Numbered from the stretch's first letter, positions 12,765 to 26,553 are shown. The stretch: DNA of 48,765 nucleotides from Trichoplax sp. H2 (GCA_003344405.1 NOWV01000321.1:1-48765); one strand, 5' to 3'. Numbers and translations: made by a program. The notes: generated by a model not told the origin, from the sequence alone.

Positions 12765-13420
12765 GGGTAGAAGCGGTTAGAAATAATTCCTTGGCAGGAA
12801 CTTGCATACATAAAGCGTGTCATTATTTAGGGGTTATTGAAACTTTTCGCTAGACAGAGATTTTGATTGATTGTCATAATGCCATCTTTTCATGCAACTT
12901 ATCAATAAGAAAATCCAACACAATTAAGGTCTATTGAATTGCATAAATTTTATACGTATTTATTTTGGGATATTTATTAATGGAATGACTATACACTTTG
13001 AAATCAATGTACCTTTCCATAATACGGACGTACAGTATATAGAATAGATTAGATAAAAGTGATTGCTTTTACGGATAACTACCTATTAACATTTTATTTA
13101 TTTTATCGTATAAGTATTGGTATTAATTTGATCTTGAAGATATTATCAATCAAATAATAGTAATCAACTTTTTTAAGAATAAGCTCGCTTATTGAATTTT
13201 AATTATACTAAGCATGCAGCAAGCTTTTAATATAGTATTTGTCATTTTGTTGCCGGAATCACATGGCATATTGTATTTAAAATTATCGCTATCATCTAGA
13301 ATAATGTCTACTAATTAAAATTGTAATATTATCAATACCGCTAGAAATTTAACGTTTAACTGAACGTAAAAGCAATTCATATCATAGCTTTATTATCCTA
13401 TGAATCATTTTCAAAAGTAG

Positions 13421-14355
13421 TTACAACTTTTCTAGAAACAATCATAAAATAATATTGAATTATTTTCACTTATTAAATAAAAGTAATCGATGAATTGAGT
13501 TCCGAAATATCCGATGTCAATTGAATCGGCAAAAATAGATTTAAAATATATAACCGGTTCTGCTGCAGATCACTTTCAAATGAAAAAAACAACACGTAGG
13601 AATTAATAAGAAGTTAAGAATTTTACTTCCGGTAAGTGTTGTCACGTCTGTTTCTAACGTCATTAATTGTAAAATTGGCTAAAAAGAAAATATCTATCTA
13701 CTAAATTTTCATATTTAAAATAGCCCTATTGCGAATTTAATTCGTCTACTCTAATGATGGCAGTCTTCAAATATTCGATATAATAATGACAACGATATCT
13801 TTTATGATAGTTTTAGATTAGTATTAATTAGTGTCGAAATTCGTCAACGATTTTTAATTGTGGTCTTAATGACGAATTGAAATACAAAATCATTGAATTT
13901 TTATTCTGTCTAAATTATATGGCCATGTACATTATGGTAAGTTATTAGCTAAGAAAGCCGACTTAAAATTGGTTATTTCGTTGATAGAATTGCAAATATA
14001 AATAGAAACTGTATTAAATAAAATACTGTATCTTTGGGTAGTCCTCTATATGATGGGGTTGATCTAATAGCGCTTTATGAAATTATTTGGATATCAGAGA
14101 TATTTGCCGTACTTTCTATTTCGATAACGCTCACATAACTGGTTTGATATCAATTAAGAAAGAATTTGATATAAAGGTACGGCCTATTAATCCATAACGG
14201 TTTATTTATGTTCAATATCTTAATTGCTTCTTATTCTTTCTAAACATTTGCATGAATCTAATTATGACGAGAGCTAATTGCTTGCTATAGAAGATGCTAT
14301 GAAAAGGATCTACGATTATAGCTTAAATAAATCGTTTACACAAGCAGTGATATAA
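13421..14355 (+). pseudogene. Degenerate family paralog, three exon relics
   Basis: VIDELSSEISDVN*IG resembles G4 VLDIVNGQLRDVQII; donor gtaagt at 13632. Exon 13724-13936 (phase 0-0, starts with Pro) contains NCGLNDELKYKII, resembling G2 NCHLSNDTRDHII. Last exon 14071-14355 has NYDES*LLAIEDAMKRIY. Many stops. Confidence 0.6.
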
Positions 14356-14493
14356 GTAAATCGCTGGCGCATATCCGCATGTAGAAAAGAATTACGATAA
14401 AGTAAAATGTGCTAGTTCTGATGTAAAGAAGCTATTTTTTAGTTACCCTATGTATATTTGGAATCTAGAAGTATAAATTATCCTTTTTGTACC

Positions 14494-14603
14494 TGTCACG
14501 TTCTGTAATAGTTACATAATTAGTATGTTACCTTCTTTCTATATATGGTTAAATATCACGATGTTATCACGTCAGGCGTATATAGATGTAGTTATGGTAC
14601 TAT
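14494..14603. mobile_element. 5' end of an LTR-like insertion (family C), truncated by the gap, polymorphic
   Basis: 14343-14493 is duplicated at 14624-14775. The first copy continues gtacc|TGTCACG... into the gap, while the second continues gtgcc|ggatg (empty site). The TGTCAC terminus resembles the other LTRs. The far end is not visible, so it could be solo or full-length. Confidence 0.6.
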
Positions 14604-15196
14604 NNNNNNNNNNNNNNNNNNNNAAGCAGTGATATAAGTAAATCGCTGGCGCATATCCGCATGTAGAAAAGAATTACGATAAAGTAAAATGTGCTAGTTC
14701 TGATGTAAAGAAGCTATTTTTTAGTTACCCTATGTATATTTGGAATCTAGAAGTATAAATTATCCTTTTTGTGCCGGATGTTGATCCAATGAAATGTACT
14801 ATGAACAGTAGATCATACTGTACTAATAGTATACAAAGGAACTGATATTTATATTCTATTTGGATCATCGTATTTTTTTATTTACCGTTAGATTGTTTAC
14901 GATTTTATAATGGCTATTTTTTCTAAATGAATTACTGAAAGCACATGACATACTTCTATTCAATCACGATCTAAATTACGCTGTGTTATACTAAGAACTA
15001 AATTGCGCTTAAGCTAATGTTCTTAAATTTTTTTAGCTAATTTATTTCCAAAGTTTGATGTTATATTTTATTTCCGAATATCTCCCGCACAAATACTTGA
15101 TAGTTAAAATATTATAATTATAATCAATTAATCCATCATTTGATTTTATCAAAATTAATTAAAATATTATATTATTGTTATATTACTGCCATGTAG

Positions 15197-16690
15197 AATA
15201 TGAATCTGAACGCAGGCAACACTATGCCCACGATGTTATTATTCTTAACATTAATTAACCTATATGGAATAATTTCGAATCTGTAAACGTAGATATAGAT
15301 AAAAGATTTGCTGGTGAAGATCATCAACTCTTTCTTAACCTAATGTTGTTGTTGATGCATGACCTTTCATCCCATGTTCATTACGTAGGCTTGAAGTTTA
15401 AAATCTACTTTTAATTGATCTTTTATTATGATAATTATCAACAAAGTAGACATTTTATACAACTATGAAATCGGAAGAAAAATTTAGAATAAAATCCCAG
15501 TGTTTCATCGCTTATTAGCTCCGATATGATTTTTTATCTCTGAATTAACTTTGAGGGTAACTTACGACATTATTTAGTGACAAGCTATTATTGAGAAATC
15601 TCAATGGGTGGAATTATTTTATATCGTCCATGGTAATATCAATATCATTTATGACATATTATTTCTTCTTCTCGCCGATTGAATTAATATCATAGTGTTC
15701 ACCCATACATAAAAAAATTCACATGTAAAATCATTCTCACTTTAATAATTAATCAATAACACTTAATGTATACAATAAGTAAGTCAGAATTATTTGTGGC
15801 GCAATCGGAATGATTAAATACGCATATAACTTTTATAAAGATTGTCTAACTAATAAATTTATTACTGCATTCTAATCTTTTTATACATGAAAATTAAGAC
15901 TGAATATTGATTAATTAATATATTATCGAAAGAGAGTGTGCATACATTAGAATATATAGGGCAAAATCTAGGGGTATTTACCACTTAATGTTCCCCGTGT
16001 CAAAATACCTAGCAACATCACGGTTTAGATTTATTTTTAAAATTTATTTCGTCAACTCAATTCCAATATCTGTATCAAGAAATGGGTTATGCAGATTATT
16101 CTCTTCTGGAAATATTTATATAAAAGTTTCTTATGCCAAAGAAAAAGGTAATTATAATAGCTAAAATTTGAAGAAGTTATATTTATCGGCCCATTTCCGA
16201 CGTAAGGTTATGCGCCTAAATAAAGCAATGCCTATCAATTGCCATTATAAATGTTAATTTAATTCCTATAGTTTAAAAATAGAAATAACGACTGCTAGGC
16301 ACTAATTAGCTAGTTAATTAGTAGATCACTTCGCTATTGTTTAGCACTATTTATATCAGATCACGTTCTTATGAGATATGTAACTAATCAAATCATGAAG
16401 GCAGCCAGTATTGCTATAATTTTACTCTATGAAGCATGACTGCATGAGCATTATCACGCACGGAAATTTCCCCTTGTCAAATCGAAAATTGTAGCAATTT
16501 TCAATTGATCATTTCTTATAGCAAATGCGGCGTTTAAAAGTTAAATTTAAATTTTAACTTAAATGTAAATGCCATCACACTAGGCTGTTAATATAACAAG
16601 TTATGAATCATGACGAATACTAGCACATTATTTAACAAATTTTCTTCCAGTAATGATATATCAGTTTAAAGTATTGCAGTTACCTATTGT
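15197..16690 (+). pseudogene. Degenerate family paralog
   Basis: Signal-like MPTMLLFLTLINLYG. The exon at 15972 begins aaatctag|GGG TAT (cf. G3 aaatctag|GGC TAT) and ends KYLYKSFL (cf. G4 KILYENFL). Terminal relic QVMNHDEY*HII. Frameshifts and stops. Confidence 0.45.
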
Positions 16691-16966
16691 ACATAAAAAT
16701 TGATAGTCTATAAATTAATACTAATGACATTGTCAAAAGATTAAGTTTATAGGGGAACAAAGGTATTCCATAAATCAGCATGACGTCTTCAATAGTATTT
16801 TCTATCGCATAACTAATTAATTGTGCAAATTTTATCGTCCATAAGAGTAAAAAAGAACTTTATGCGTCTTTGGATTAAATTAAAGAACCTAAACTTTATT
16901 AGAACAACTACTTAATCTTTAAATTATGTCGGTCATCATTGAATAGATTACACCAGTATATTGTGG

Positions 16967-17720
16967 TTATAATTGTATTAACGTTAACAACGCTAACAAA
17001 TTATTTACTTTTTTACGGATTTGAGGGAAGAAATATGTAAAGCACAAATAGCGCTGTATGCTTATATAGAAAGGCGATAATACTGTGTATATATACACAT
17101 AGGACAATATAAAGCAGGCATATATTCGCCGGCGTGGTATATTGTCAATAAATCTAAGCTTTAAATTTCTCACAGTGAAAGATTTCATAACTTACACCCA
17201 TTAAATCACCACACGACAGATGTAAAAGTGAAAATTTATTCGGGTGCTATTGTATTAGTGAAATCGTCATATTTAAAGTATCACGAATATCGACCTCCTC
17301 AATTTCGTTATGAGCATTTCACGAAACTGCAGCGTTGGCTGAAAAAATTTGATATATAAATAATAGATTGACAAAGGTCAATTTGTTACGGTGAAATGAA
17401 ATCACAATGAAATCTAAGTTCTTGTAGTATTTTCAACTATTGCAAACGTAACAGTAAATGTGTTATGTATTGGTGTTTCCTTTGAAAGATCCTCCTCGTT
17501 ATAAAGTTTCACAATAGTACCGATACAGTAATTCCTTGTTCTAATAAAAATTTTTCTATGTGATTATTAATGGAATAAGTGGCATCATCTATTTTACTTT
17601 ATAAACGTTATAGTACTACTTTTATTTCGCTCAAAATGAATTAGCAGACATTAAAAAAGTCATAAATGATATAACATCATCAATCTATGAATATTTTGTA
17701 GCAGTATTAGTTTTCATATA
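16967..17720 (-). pseudogene. Possible degenerate family paralog
   Basis: An exon-like segment bounded by ttttcag|CCA (~17338) and gtaagt (~17195); helix-like SKIDDATYSINNHIEKFLLEQ; an open terminal stretch LSPFYISIQRYL. Similarity is weak. Confidence 0.3.
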
Positions 17721-18438
17721 GCTAACCCAGCAAATTTCCGAGGTGCGTTACGATTTGACGTATTATAGCTTGTTAAGCTATATTCACTTAGGTTAATGCA
17801 TAGCTGAGAATGTAAAAGGAACATTTTCCAGTACTTTAACCAAGAGCACTTTGTGACTAATTTTAGAACCACACTTCAATATTTAAAATTCATTATGTAA
17901 GCGGTGACAACTTAAAAAAGAGGAAATACGCAAATCCTCGATGAAATGTCACCTTTCTTAAATAAAATTTAATACGCTAACTTAGTCTACATCCATTTGG
18001 ATTACATGAAACGCCTACTTAATTTCTGAGAATAAATAATCATAAAACTGCATAGATCAAGTCAAGAACTTGATCAATGTTTAGAAGCTGTGCTATAAAA
18101 ATCCAGGTAGATTTTAACCATGGATTACTAAAGACTATCTATCTAGTAGTACATGATTTTAATACGAAAGAGTACTTAAAAAAATGATTTATTAGCGTTA
18201 TGACATATAGGTTAAAGCGAAATAAGTATCTATAACTTACAGAACGATCTATAAGAATTTTGTTTTATTAAATTTCAGTCAAGCTGCAGGTGAAAATTTT
18301 AATTATTTATTAAATTTCTAGGAGTAAGTGTGTATGCAACTGCTTATTTTAAGTCATAGACTTAAAACGTTGTTGAAATTTTACAACTCCAAAAAAGCGG
18401 AACTAAACTTATAGGGGCGGGAGAGTAGGATAAATATT

Positions 18439-19833
18439 TCATTCTTTACCGCTTATTGGAGCACTGTATAGACCTGCAGTTACTGATAATGGTTCCTGTC
18501 ATATGGCTTATAAAACTACGTTATACGTAACTACGTAATTAAGTAAACTTTGTGATATTAAGTCTTGCGAATCAACGTTATGAATTCGTGATGAAATCAT
18601 AGCGTTTATCCTTGTATATGGGTTAGATATTGTTACATTTATCAATGGATGAATAGATACCAGTGTCACAAAACAGCTTTGCAACAAGATAACGCAATGT
18701 ACGATCAATAAGTCAATTCCTTGAACCACGTATCAAGGAACGATATCTGCACTATCAGAAACACTTTTACTCTACTAGCAGACTACACAAAAACTTAAAC
18801 GCCTCGTATTTTACGTTAAACACTAAGTTTGAGAATCCTCTTTATTACACGATATACTGCATTTATATCTCTTCCTCAATAGTTCATGAGTCATAGTCAG
18901 TACGATTAACTTTGGAATCATTCACTGAATTAGATATTAATTTTAGCTACTGCTCCCTTAATGCAGACAACAGTATTTACGAACATAGATATCTGATGGC
19001 TAATACAGAATAGTCAGATTACGATATGTCCTATCACGGAACATTTCCACGATAATTTACAATTTACCATAAGTAAGTTACAATCACAATGATTCGAACT
19101 GTAAGTAGATGATTTGCATTCCCTATTATAAGTATTAATTTCAGTATGTGTATAAGTGTCACTGTCATAAAACGTCAGTGCTGTATTACAACACAGTATA
19201 TCCAAATTAGGAGTTAACTAAATAAGGATAGGCTAACAGAATTATCCTAACATAGATATTTCTACTCTAATACAGTATATAACACTGTCACAACCAACAA
19301 ATAGTTATTATTCAAAAGAATTTATTTCAAATCATAAAGATAGTGATAGTAAATTATCAGTATGCGTTAGATTGCCAATTTTCCGATACCACATTATCCA
19401 TCTTACTGTTATAAATGAGACTACGAAAAGTTAGATGATCGTAAGACAAATCATGTAGTGTGGCTTATACATATTTTATTGTACCGAGCATATCTTGGCG
19501 CGGTAGACTAATATAGAAAAGTTCAACTTTAAAGTCTAAAACTTCAATGGTGAAATTTGTATCGAGCAGCTTATATTAATGTATTCATGTGTTGTATCAC
19601 GATAGTCTTTCAAGAAAGAAAAGGATTTTGCTCCTTTTAGTTGTTACATTTTAAGATATTTTATCTGTTTGAAATAGAATTAACGCTAAAATTAACTAAG
19701 TAAAAATTACTCAGTCTTATTTTAAAACTAGTTCTTCTACCATATCTGATAGTGAATTTAGCTGCTTAATGCAATACTAATTGTTTATTTATCAATTAGA
19801 ATGTTATTTCAGCGAAATACTATAAAAATGATG
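18439..19833 (-). pseudogene. Degenerate family paralog interrupted by a family-A solo LTR
   Basis: Phase-1 acceptor at 19833; LSNFYLVNF...NILKC...ISCSIQISPL; MLGTIKYV*ATLHDLSYDHL; terminal LNYVVTYNVVL*AI* resembles G4 YNLVDYDSNLNAIF. Confidence 0.5.
18664..19292 (-). mobile_element. Solo LTR family A, complete (629 bp)
   Basis: On the minus strand TGTGACAG...GTGACA; flanks accag/accaa (4 of 5 TSD match); full-length homologous to the 3038/48586 element with scattered substitutions. Confidence 0.85.
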
Positions 19834-20385
19834 CTATAAATTATAGATGAGAATTTGGTTAAGAACAACGGATCGCATATTAGTCAAATTGATATCTTAT
19901 GGATGTGATTTGCTATACAAAATTGTTTTGATGATCTAAATTGATAAATTAGATTTGAGGAAAGTCAGTAACATTACAAAATAATCCACTCATCTTCTCA
20001 TGGGTGATATTATCAACTAGGCTGCTGAATGAAAAATCTTTCTCATAATGCGCCATCGTATGCTAATTTTCCAGGCGTAAATAAAATATTACAGAAATAT
20101 TTCATCAGTTCCAAATTGGTAAAATGACTTAAAGTACTAGCAACACTTTTCAGAATTAGAGAAATAGTACATTTTCTTGACGTCAAGAGCAGCAATAGTA
20201 TTTTGGGTTATCAATTGTAATCACGTAGCTCTTAGTCTCTCTTTAATAGTGTAATATGTCTGAGAGGACAGTAGAGTAATTTACCTAATTATTGATTAAA
20301 CTAGATATTCGATTTCAATATTCGCATTTGACTTAAACTATTTATTACACAATGTAACAGTAAGAATACTAAAATAATACATTTG

Positions 20386-20827
20386 TGTCACGGTACGAAC
20401 TACTGTGAAGAAATAGCTATCTAAATTTGGTTAATATAATATAGTGATCATATATTACAACTAGTTACTTACAATAGGAATTACTCTAATTATAAATGTG
20501 TTACAGTAAATTTGGTACTGTGCTGTAATGTGCACTGAAATGATTCTGTGAATGGACATATTGTAGTCCGACTGTGAAAAATTAGTTAGTAGATGCTCTC
20601 ACATAAGTATTTTTATAAGATGACTCATGAATGTTAGCTGCTGTAGAAGGGTATATAAGCCCATCAGATAGTTGAATAAAGTAGTTCTCAATTGTCTAGT
20701 TGAGTTTAACGTAGAATCAAAGGCGTCTAAATTCTTGTGAGGTAGTTAAGGGATACTGAATCTCGGAGACTATAGTAATTTAGGCTTTTGTTTTACGTTA
20801 TCCTTGTCACGAAGCTGGTTTGTGATA
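20386..20827 (+). mobile_element. Solo LTR family D (442 bp), perfect 5-bp TSD ATTTG
   Basis: TGTCAC...GTGATA (terminal CA mutated to TA); ATTTG at 20381-20385 and 20828-20832; TATATAA ~20652 and AATAAA ~20675. Confidence 0.75.
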
Positions 20828-21058
20828 ATTTGAAAAATTGATTTTTATATTACTAGATAATAGTATTACTTCTACGCTCAGGTAATTTTAATGACAATTA
20901 TATAATAGACTAAGTAAGATTTAAGGTATAACCATTCGTAGCGAGTTGTTTGCATATTTAAAGTTCATTTTACTAATATGAAATTTATTGTTATAATGTG
21001 ATGCTGCATAACATACTAACGTTACTAATGGAGATGTAAATGAACTTCCACAGAGCTA

Positions 21059-22465
21059 TCATAAAGAACTTGCTAGCTTGGTCAATGTTTAAATATTTGG
21101 TTATAATAAACAGAAGTGCTTAGTTATTGCATGTTAAGCATGGTTTACTTGCCATTAAAAAGTACCTTCCATTTTACTGCTAATTTTATTCATCAATCTG
21201 CAAATCAGATGATATTTCTGTTGCAAGAATATATTGCCATGTTATAAAATACCGTTTTATGATGTTTGTCGTTTACTATTTATTTTTTTAACTATTTTTG
21301 ATACATATTTCAAATCCGCTCTCATCAAGCTAAAGATTTTTACATTTTATACCACTCGATCTGTAAATGGATTAGTGTTCAACTAAATTATAATCCTTAT
21401 ATCATAAAGTATAGGTATTCATATATAATATTCTACTTCAATATTCTTTACTTCCTGTGATATATACCAATCACGAAATTCCAAATTTTAGAAAAATAAG
21501 GGCTTTATTGAATCTTATACAAAGATTAACTACACAGCTCTACTCTAGCCGAATACTACTTCTAAAGACTTCTACAACGAACTAACAGAATAATCTAAAG
21601 TTGCATGCTTTTATACTTTTCGTAGCATTCGCAGCTACAATCCGCATGGCAACCTTTTACCTTATTTTACACATAGTTAAATTATTCTTAGTAAGACTAT
21701 TCTACTGCGGACCATCATTAATCCAATATAGATACGACTACAGTACTTACGTAGACATTATTCACACCAGCCAAAGTACAATGAATTAACCATATCCTAA
21801 TATATGATTTACAGTTCTATTTTTACCTATAGCCATATTAGTAACTCAACAGCTTACTGTATATAGTCATCTGTACTCTAGCATAGCGTCTCTACCACTA
21901 CAGTCTATAGTTACAGCTACCAAATATCTCTTAGGAATAAATATCTACCGTACATTATACTACACATGGCTAACAGTCTACAATCACAATACTAAGTTAC
22001 ATTACACTTCCCTTCTTTAGTTATGACAATTCCGACTAATTCAATGAATTTATCCTCGTTACGCTTTAATAAAAGTAAAAGCCTATTGTTTCTTTTCCTG
22101 TAGGAGGTTCCATATCGAAATAAATTACTCTTAATGTAATCCAGACGTCCGCGGTAGCGGTTGGTATCAATGACAAGATTCTTCTACAGTAAAAAAAGTT
22201 GCAAATTATATAATCTTCAAATCGTTAGTATTAGTAAATGGTAAATTAATTACTAACCAACAGCAATCGGTGAAAATTTATCTCCATTCCGCGTAAGATC
22301 TAATATGGTGATAAAATATTTTTCGTGAAGACAGTCGAGATCTGTCAATATCGATGTTTTTCTCAATGCAGGCCATTGTTAAGGCATCTACAAGATGCAT
22401 TATTAGATAAATCATTTTCACTTGTCCAATGCAAGAATTAAAACGCAAACCTTGATCATTCAACC
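21059..22465 (-). pseudogene. Degenerate family paralog interrupted by a solo LTR
   Basis: An exon from 22183 (ttttactgtag|) reads KNLVIDTNRYRGRLDYIKSNLFRY...LLLLLKRNEDKFIELVG until the LTR. Terminal relic ICRLMNKISSKMEGTF*WQVNHA resembles G1 IKHWQVAF. Confidence 0.45.
21456..22028 (-). mobile_element. Solo LTR family E (573 bp)
   Basis: TGTGATA...TATGACA inverted termini; flanks cttcc/attcc (4 of 5 TSD match); AATAAA on the minus strand ~21505; removing it rejoins the host reading frame. Confidence 0.7.
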
Positions 22466-24447
22466 TAATCATACGGAGTAAATATTATCAGACTGGTCTA
22501 TCCTTACTACGACAATCTATTGATATTGTTAAAATTACGAGGATTACAGTATTACAAATAAGATTAATCTGTATTGTGATAGCGAAATAATATAATGTCT
22601 ACTTTTTATCAGATATTTATTCGTGTCTTTCGAAGAGATTCATTACTGTATAGCAAAGTATATAGAGTTTGCATCGCAGTTCCGTTAGAAGTTAATGCTA
22701 CGGCCAGTTAATATCATATTTTCTAAGAAAGAAATTTATTATTAGTTATAAAAGCCTTTAAATAAATCTTTTTTATAAAATTATAAGCCTAGCAAATGAT
22801 TAATTCTATATCTATGGGTCTTATCAATTAATTTTTTTGACAATTGAATACGGTACTAACGCAGTTACAATTGTAAACGTTCGATATCAACTAAGAGTTA
22901 TATTATAGATTTCATGAAGAAAATAATATTCTGATAGGATAGTTTACTGATCTTAATACCCAATTTGTTCGTAATAAATAAGTTATTAATATGGTGCTAT
23001 ACCGTGTGATAAAAATAAAAAGCGGTAATAAATTAAATATTTTAGGAAGATCAAGTTGTTTCCCTTAATTCCCCGTAACACATTGATTGATATTGAATAA
23101 AAACTTACTGAGCAAGATTGATATATCAGAATTATTTGCCTTAAAATATTCACTTTAATTTCGTGTTGAAAATTTACTACGGTAGTCAAAATTATTTTTC
23201 AGTTTCATCCTGACGAAAAGCAGGCGAAAATAATACATTCTGAGCTATTTTGAATAACTATAAGTATAATAGCTTCATTTCATATCAATAGCGAAATGAA
23301 TAGGTTACAGGTATTGACATTAGACGTGGTATCTTAGATTTTAATCTCGACTTTATAATCTCAAATTGTATCCATATTCTTGCTAATAATTGATATCCTT
23401 ATTGACGCACAATCTAATTTGTGGTTAAATCAGTTTGTTCGCTATCTGGTTTAAGAATAAGAATAAGGCTAACAAAGTCCTATTATAAGACAGTCTTTTA
23501 CGTCTAATGTACGATCCCTTAACTTCTATTTTAATCAAGTAATAAAGTGGTATCTGTTAAACCCTTCTAAAATTATTCAAGTGACAGTATATTTGTTTGA
23601 GATCAATTATTGATATGGACGTCTATCGAAGATAAGCTACCAATAAGGGGTATTTCAATTCTTAAATTGAATTCATGATTCTTTTATCCACTGAGCCTTC
23701 AATGCCATTGTGATAAATTCATTTTTATTCTATAGTATATGTAGCATATATAGACTTGCCATGCAGCGTTATTATTTATACAATCGCCAATATATATAAT
23801 AATGTACTGTATATTAAGAGTTACAAGATGCATTTCAATCTTTCAAGTACTTTTTAAATAGAGCACAACAATCAGGCAGATAGACAGCGGTTCAAAGTTT
23901 TAATGTATAATAATGATGATGTTACGGTATATTATTCCAACTTGAATTCAAAATTGAATGCAAGTTTATGGAAAATGTTTTAAGTACCTAATCAATATTG
24001 CACGTTAGAAATTGCCATCAATAGAATAGCTAAAAGACTAGGAAAAGTAGTTACAACAACTCATAATTACGAATTATGTCGATATAATCAAAAAGAAAGA
24101 CTTGCTCTATACTTATCAGTTATTATATTAGTAATATTAAGTATTAAAAATGCAGAACGAAGGTCTAACAGGAATTAGTCAATGTCATAAGAAAGGAAAG
24201 TAGAGCTAAAGTTTACGCGAGTTATTATCGTTATCAGCTATAATAGGTACTAAGTAGTCAATATGAGGAGAAATTCTTTGCTTCAATTCGAAGCTGTATT
24301 AGAAGAGTTTGGAACAAGTAGAATGGCGTCTTTAGGGATCTATCACATTGAATGTTCTGCTTGATTTCGTTTTAAGGCTTAAAACTATCTATAATTGCCT
24401 GGAATACAATGCTAAAGTATAATACATAATCCGTAAACACTATAAGT

Positions 24448-25180
24448 ATGGCGGCATTTTGTTATTGTAAGTTGCGTTGCCTTGCTTAATCAATAACCCA
24501 AACTACAGCATTAGGGTAATAGGAATGTTATGGAAACAATGTTTGATAACATTTCAATGATTTTAATATCATCTTTTATGCAACGAGGAACACAATTAAC
24601 GTCATAAGTACAACAACAATCAGCTGCATATTTTATTTTTAACTAAATGAAAGCTGCGTGTCATTACCAATATGGATTACAGGTATGCATATTCATCTGC
24701 AACCGATTTCATCATTAATTAATCACAGTTATTATGCAATAGCCGTTGCTATTTTGATAATATCACGTATTTAAACAATTCTAAGAAATTGTGGTTAATA
24801 CTAATTTATTGGTTAACAAGCAATTCTATACCGTAATGTAAGATAATAATTGTAAAACCAGGAATCCTTACGCATCAGACAGTAATTAAAATATCCTTAA
24901 GCAATTAAATATTATATGCGATTAGAAACAACTCGATTTTCATAGGATACCAATGCCTTTGTTAAACCGTTGCTGGCTTTGATATAATACCAAATTTTAT
25001 GAAACAGCTCATAGTTTAATTTAAAGCTACTCATTGATGCTAAAGTTCGGAAAGTAGTTTGAGCGTGTTCACTGGCAATAGGAATTTTAGTAGTGCAGTT
25101 GGCCAGTAACTGAAATCGGAAATTATTTTAGTATAAGATCTATATCAAATCTATACAGCATCAAATGGACATTCTTTAAG
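24448..25180 (+). pseudogene. Degenerate family paralog closest to G1
   Basis: HFNDFNIIFYATRNTINVIST resembles G1 YYHDLRLMIDLTRHTLDCISK; SCVSLPIWIT|gtatgc at 24682; the next exon starts tag|CCG (Pro); terminal relic HWQ*EF resembles G1 HWQVAF. Confidence 0.6.
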
Positions 25181-25913
25181 TAACAAATAATATTTGCTAG
25201 ACGGAAGTTTGATTATAAATTCTTCCGATCCGAATTTTTAACCTAATACTCCGACATACAATCGAATGATGTTTCCATCTTAAACTTATAAAAATAAAGT
25301 ATTGTACTATTTTTATTTAGCTGAAGATTATTTAATTTTTAAATTCGTTCCTTTTCCTGACTATTTAGGCTGATCAAGTTGTCTACGATGGAATATTTAA
25401 GGTGTAAAATTCATTTAAAAGATTTGATGATGGTTGTTGGGCTTACTGATAAGAATTATCATCGATGACATTATACTTACGTTTAATCCGGTACCTTTTG
25501 AGAAAAGGTAAGAAGATTGGGGAACAAATTGATTTACTTCCAAATGATACTATAAGACATTGGAAAAATAGATCGTTATTCAAAGTATTGCAGTATAAGG
25601 ATGGTCGCTTTTCTGGTAATTATTCGATACAATTCTTGTCGGATCTTGCGTAATCTTAATAGTTAATCTATGATATGGTCATTTTTCCATTAAATATTAC
25701 GCAAAGTTACAACTAAGTAAAATATAAGGATATTAAACTGGCAAATTGACAATAGCTCTGTCACGGAATCGTGATTAAATTATAATTTAAGTCAAATTTG
25801 AAATAAAACACTGATTACAAATTCGAGAGCAGACAAAAGTTGTTGATACAGAGAGAAACTGATCATAGTAACAATCTTGTTTTAGTCAATTTTGTAATAA
25901 AAATCATCCTTAC

Positions 25914-26553
25914 ATGCTCGACCAGGAAATTAATTAGTTGACCAGTATTTTCGATTACTTTTTGCAATTGACATACATTATTTTCGTATGAGTTAACCAC
26001 GGATAAGACTGATCGTAACTTTCCAAGCTGTTCGAAAACGATTGTTAGCAAAGGATAGCCCTAGATTTTTTTACACGTTTTGCATAAAGGAAGCCTTTTT
26101 TAATTGAAGAAAGCTTTTATATAATAACTAACTGTATAAATTGTATTATTCTATTAAAAAAGCGAAAGCATCTATGTAAATTATAAATACCGATTAGATG
26201 AATGATAAGGGAAAAGAGAAGAATTATTAGGCAGATTTGATAAACGAGCACTGATGGGATTTAAGTATTGTGAATTACATTCGTTGTTGCCTAACCTTTT
26301 CTAGCTTTTCAGGAATATTAAGAAGCAACGAATTACAGCTGAAATCCATCACGTTATTGACTTTGTAAATTCTTCGATGGCATTGAACGGCAAGTTCGAT
26401 TTCTTTACCAAGCTCACTAGTCAATTTGGTAACATAAACGGCAAATGATGCCGATTCACGAGCTTGCGATCTCGATGTAATAGTAAATCCATGCGCAAGG
26501 CAACATAAAGTGCACAAGGTAAAAATTGCTTCTGTAACGAGAATAGAATTCAT
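25914..26553 (-). CDS. Family gene G3: two intact exons, 3' end unresolved (partial or young pseudogene)
   Basis: 26553-26296 MNSILVTEAIFTLCTLCCLAHG-FTITSRSQARESASFAVYVTKLTSELGKEIELAVQCHRRIYKVNNVMDFSCNSLLLNIPEKLEK|gttagg; 26060-25914 GYPLLTIVFEQLGKLRSVLSVVNSYENNVCQLQKVIENTGQLINFLVEH|gtaagg; both phase 0. Downstream LLSICQFNILIFYLVVTLRNI* (~25756-25690) is not cleanly in frame with the best acceptor. Confidence 0.65.

Noticed and set aside
16462..16473. NF-kB-like site GGAAATTTCCCC
   Set aside because: A single occurrence inside a pseudogene exon relic, not near an intact promoter; expected by chance.
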